Positions 37,141 through 39,885 of a stretch of 39,885 nt of DNA are shown piece by piece. Each line of letters begins with the position of its first letter. Within the stretch, counting starts at the first letter, position 1. Source of the DNA: an uncultured Desulfobacteraceae bacterium (GTDB lineage Bacteria > Desulfobacterota > Desulfobacteria > Desulfobacterales > Desulfosalsimonadaceae); NCBI GenBank assembly GCA_964613595.1, contig CAZTHW010000001.1, positions 1 through 39,885 on the forward strand, read 5' to 3'. Under the pieces are notes generated by a model, which did not search any database, was not told the origin of the DNA, and worked only from the letters and a program-made list of their open reading frames with translations. The position numbers and the translations under genes are program-made.

Positions 37141-37614
37141 CTACTTTTCATATATACCGACAATGCGGTTCATTCCGATAAGGTGAGGTTCAATGCGTTC
37201 CAGCAGCTGCCACTGGGTAAGGCCCGGCTCCAGGTTCAATTCCCGGTTCAGGGCCAGCAGCCACCAGAAATAATGGTGCACGCCATGGCCGGGCGGCGGA
37301 TTGGGCCCCTTGTAGCCCTCCTGGTTGAAGTCGTTGACCCCCTTAGTGTAGTCCGGGCACCCTTCCGGCAGGCTGCTCACCGAGGCCGGGATGTTGTATA
37401 GCACCCAGTGGACAAATCCGTAGGTGCCCGGCAGCACCAGGGGTGCATCCGGGTCATGACAGATCACGGCAAAGGAACGTGTTCCTTCCGGGACATTGGT
37501 CCACTCCAGGGCGGGGGATACATCCTGGCCGTCGCCTGTGTGTTTCTGCGGAATTCTGCCCCGGGTTTCAAAGGCAGGGCTCTTGAGCTGCATTTCCGAC
37601 AGTGCAAATCCCAT
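37141..37614 (-). CDS. YbhB/YbcL-family (PEBP, Raf kinase inhibitor-like) protein
   Basis: DVSPALEW, HDPDAP, FVHWVLYNIP, YKGPNPPPGHGVHHY. Confidence 0.9.
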   Translation of the reverse strand: MGFALSEMQLKSPAFETRGRIPQKHTGDGQDVSPALEWTNVPEGTRSFAVICHDPDAPLVLPGTYGFVHWVLYNIPASVSSLPEGCPDYTKGVNDFNQEGYKGPNPPPGHGVHHYFWWLLALNRELNLEPGLTQWQLLERIEPHLIGMNRIVGIYEK

Positions 37615-37736
37615 TTTTTCTCCCTCCTTTCAATTGGTTTCGGATTAAGCCGGTTTGCATTTAATGTAACAATTCATTCCGATATTATCCAGGGGGAATC
37701 CCGGACCGGGCAGGGGAAAAGTCATGAAGGTTGCCG

Positions 37737-39065
37737 CTATAGCAGGTCGCTGGCCAGTTCGGCCAGCTCCGAGCGCTCCCCTTTTTCCAGGGAGACATGG
37801 GCATAGCGCTGCTGGCCCTGCATTTTCTCGATCAGGTAGCTCAGGCCGTTGGAAAGCGTATCCAGATAGGGATGATCAATCTGAAAAATATCCCCGGTAA
37901 AGACCATCTTGGTGCCTTCGCCCGAGCGGGTGATAATGGTCTTGATCTCATGCGGGGTCAGGTTTTGGGCTTCGTCCACGATAAAAAAGATTTTCACCAG
38001 GCTTCTGCCGCGGATATATGAAAGCGGGGCAATCACGAGTTTATTGGCATCCAGCATCTGACTGATGTGCTGATGAGAAGGCTCGTTTTCCGAAAACTGG
38101 TTCTGTATGACAGACAGGTTGTCATACAGGGGCTGCATGTAGGGATCCAGCTTGGCCGGGATATCACCCGGCAGGTACCCCATGTCCCGGTTGCTAAGCG
38201 GTACCACGGGCCGGGCCATAAAAATCTGACGGTAACCCCGCTTGGCTTCCAGGGCGGAGGCCAGGGCCAGAAGCGTTTTGCCGGTCCCGGCCTTGCCGGT
38301 GATGCTCACCAGGTGAATATCCGGATCCAGCAGCGCATTTAGCGCAAATGTCTGCTCCGCGTTTCGCGGGATGATGTTGTAGGCCGCCTTTCGATCCACC
38401 CGGCGCAGCATCCGCATGGCCGGATCAAACCGGACCAGCCCCGATTTTCTGCCGTTTCGCAAAATCAGGTACTCGTTGGATATCAGGGGCGGGTCAATAT
38501 CCATCTCAGAGACCGGAATCTCATGGGGCTTGTGATACAGATTGTCGATGAGTTCCGGTGCAATGCCTTGGGCCACCCGTTTTCCGGAATACAGGGCATT
38601 GATATCCCGGACATGATCACTGGTATAGTCCCGGGACATCAGTCCCAGGGCCTTGGCCTTCATCCGGAGGTTGACGTCTTTTGTCACCAGGATCACCTCC
38701 CGGCCCGGATTCTCCTTGGCCAGGTGATAGGCGGTATTTAAAATCCGGTGATCGTGCTTGTGACTGGCAAAATTGAGCTCCAGGTCCGGGTGAAAGTCCT
38801 GCTCCAGCTTCACCGAGATTCTGCCGGTGTTTTCGCCAATTTTCACTCCGCCGTTAAACAGCTTGTCTCCGCTGAGCGAATCCAGGGTGCGCAGAAATTC
38901 CCGGGCATGAAAATTCAGGGCCTCATTGCCTTTTTTAAACGCATCCAGCTCTTCGAGCACGGAGATCGGGATCACGACTTCGTGTCCTTCAAAATGATGG
39001 ATGCTCGAACTGTCATGGAGAATGACGTTGGTGTCCAGGACGTAGCGTTTCTCTTGATCGGCCAT
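37737..39065 (-). CDS. PIN-PhoH family protein (YlaK/PhoH2-like)
   Basis: YVLDTNVILHD, VLEELD, DHRIL, TKDVNLR (PIN); GKAGTGKT, GYLPG, YIRGRS, DEAQNLT, GDIFQID (PhoH ATPase). Confidence 0.92.
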   Translation of the reverse strand: MADQEKRYVLDTNVILHDSSSIHHFEGHEVVIPISVLEELDAFKKGNEALNFHAREFLRTLDSLSGDKLFNGGVKIGENTGRISVKLEQDFHPDLELNFASHKHDHRILNTAYHLAKENPGREVILVTKDVNLRMKAKALGLMSRDYTSDHVRDINALYSGKRVAQGIAPELIDNLYHKPHEIPVSEMDIDPPLISNEYLILRNGRKSGLVRFDPAMRMLRRVDRKAAYNIIPRNAEQTFALNALLDPDIHLVSITGKAGTGKTLLALASALEAKRGYRQIFMARPVVPLSNRDMGYLPGDIPAKLDPYMQPLYDNLSVIQNQFSENEPSHQHISQMLDANKLVIAPLSYIRGRSLVKIFFIVDEAQNLTPHEIKTIITRSGEGTKMVFTGDIFQIDHPYLDTLSNGLSYLIEKMQGQQRYAHVSLEKGERSELAELASDLL

Positions 39066-39275
39066 GGGCAGGAACCTTTCTCTGGAACAGATTCTCAGGG
39101 CGAATTTATACTAACGATTTGTCAATAATGTTGCAATGACTTTAACAACAACGCCCGGAAATCCCTGCCAAAAGCCCCCGCACACGCCGTGGGCAAATCG
39201 CCACACCGCTGCCGGCACAACTACGAAAAACCGCAGTCCATGCCCCTGCAAGCACAAGTTAAATCGGATTTTCCT

Positions 39276-39885
39276 TTATTGGGAGGCGAGAATTTCCTCT
39301 TTTAAAAGGCAGCAGGCGATTTTGCGCACGGGCTTGCCGCCGGAATCATAGTCGATGTTGCCGGCCTGGACCAGCTTGTTTATCACGCAGCCCTCCGGGA
39401 TATCCAGGCTGAACAGGTCGGTTTCGTTGATTTTTTGGGTGCGGCAAATGCGGTTGTTTTCAATGCGCATGCTGTGCAGCGGGTAATCCTCGCAAAGCGG
39501 GCACTGGTACACGCGGCCGTTGGGAAAGAGGAAATAGTTCTCCGCCACGTTGCCCGCGCACTCGAAGGTCTCTTCAGGCGCGAGAAAAACCCGCGGATAG
39601 GTCACGGTGATCCCGCTTTTCGCCACTGCCTCGGCAACCAGCGGGACATGGGTCTCCCATTCCTGCCGGGTGAGCTGCAGGGGTTCTTTGCCGGATTCCG
39701 CGGACCGCCCCCGGATGCCGATCACCTGGATAAAAAACCGGCTGACCCCCAGGTCCTCCAGGATCGGTTTCATATCCGCCAATTCATGCAGGTTCTGCCG
39801 GCTGACCGTATAGATCACGCTGGCGGAAAACCCCTTTTCCACGGCCTGCCGGATGCCACGGATGCAGGCGTCATAACACCCGCAT
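39276..39885 (-). CDS. Radical SAM/SPASM-like protein, 5'-partial
   Basis: Frame open to the window edge (...GCYDACIRGIRQAVEKGF, IYTVSRQNLHEL); C-terminal ECAG...FPNGRVYQCPLC, CVIN, ACC; the CxxxCxxC motif would lie outside the window. Confidence 0.7.
   Translation of the reverse strand, partial: CGCYDACIRGIRQAVEKGFSASVIYTVSRQNLHELADMKPILEDLGVSRFFIQVIGIRGRSAESGKEPLQLTRQEWETHVPLVAEAVAKSGITVTYPRVFLAPEETFECAGNVAENYFLFPNGRVYQCPLCEDYPLHSMRIENNRICRTQKINETDLFSLDIPEGCVINKLVQAGNIDYDSGGKPVRKIACCLLKEEILASQ

Noticed and set aside
1..39885. CRISPR array, rRNA, integrase or intact transposase
   Set aside because: No regularly spaced repeats or such genes seen anywhere in the window

Overview
GC-rich bacterial chromosomal segment whose gene content suggests an anaerobic deltaproteobacterium (Desulfobacterales-like; inference). 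Mostly housekeeping and metabolic genes: propionyl/acyl-CoA carboxylase pccBA, a plant/fungal-type fused hisH-hisF, an orphan gatZ/kbaZ, a four-subunit 2-oxoacid:ferredoxin oxidoreductase, a sirtuin plus macrodomain pair, aspS/hisS, panB, thiD, pncA, tatD, an atypical YchF, a PIN-PhoH protein and a partial radical SAM gene. Accessory and regulatory structure read from the DNA: (1) a complete ANTAR antitermination module (GAF-ANTAR gene, twin AATGGC-loop hairpins overlapping a terminator, FMN glutamate-synthase-family gene); (2) a ~2.85 kb AT-richer islet at the 3' end of tRNA-Asn bounded by a 19-bp direct repeat, carrying hicBA, a frameshifted membrane-protein gene, an outer-membrane beta-barrel and an ISL3-like transposase stub; (3) a TonB-dependent receptor plus a secreted nucleoside-hydrolase/FmdE fusion behind a leader with a terminator-like hairpin; (4) a DUF4140/MuiA-like gene truncated next to an IS/MITE-like end that also occurs at the window start; (5) a LiuR-like palindrome upstream of the oxidoreductase operon; (6) a large protein with a divergent class III cyclase-like C-terminus. 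All calls come from motif recognition by eye; no database searches were run.
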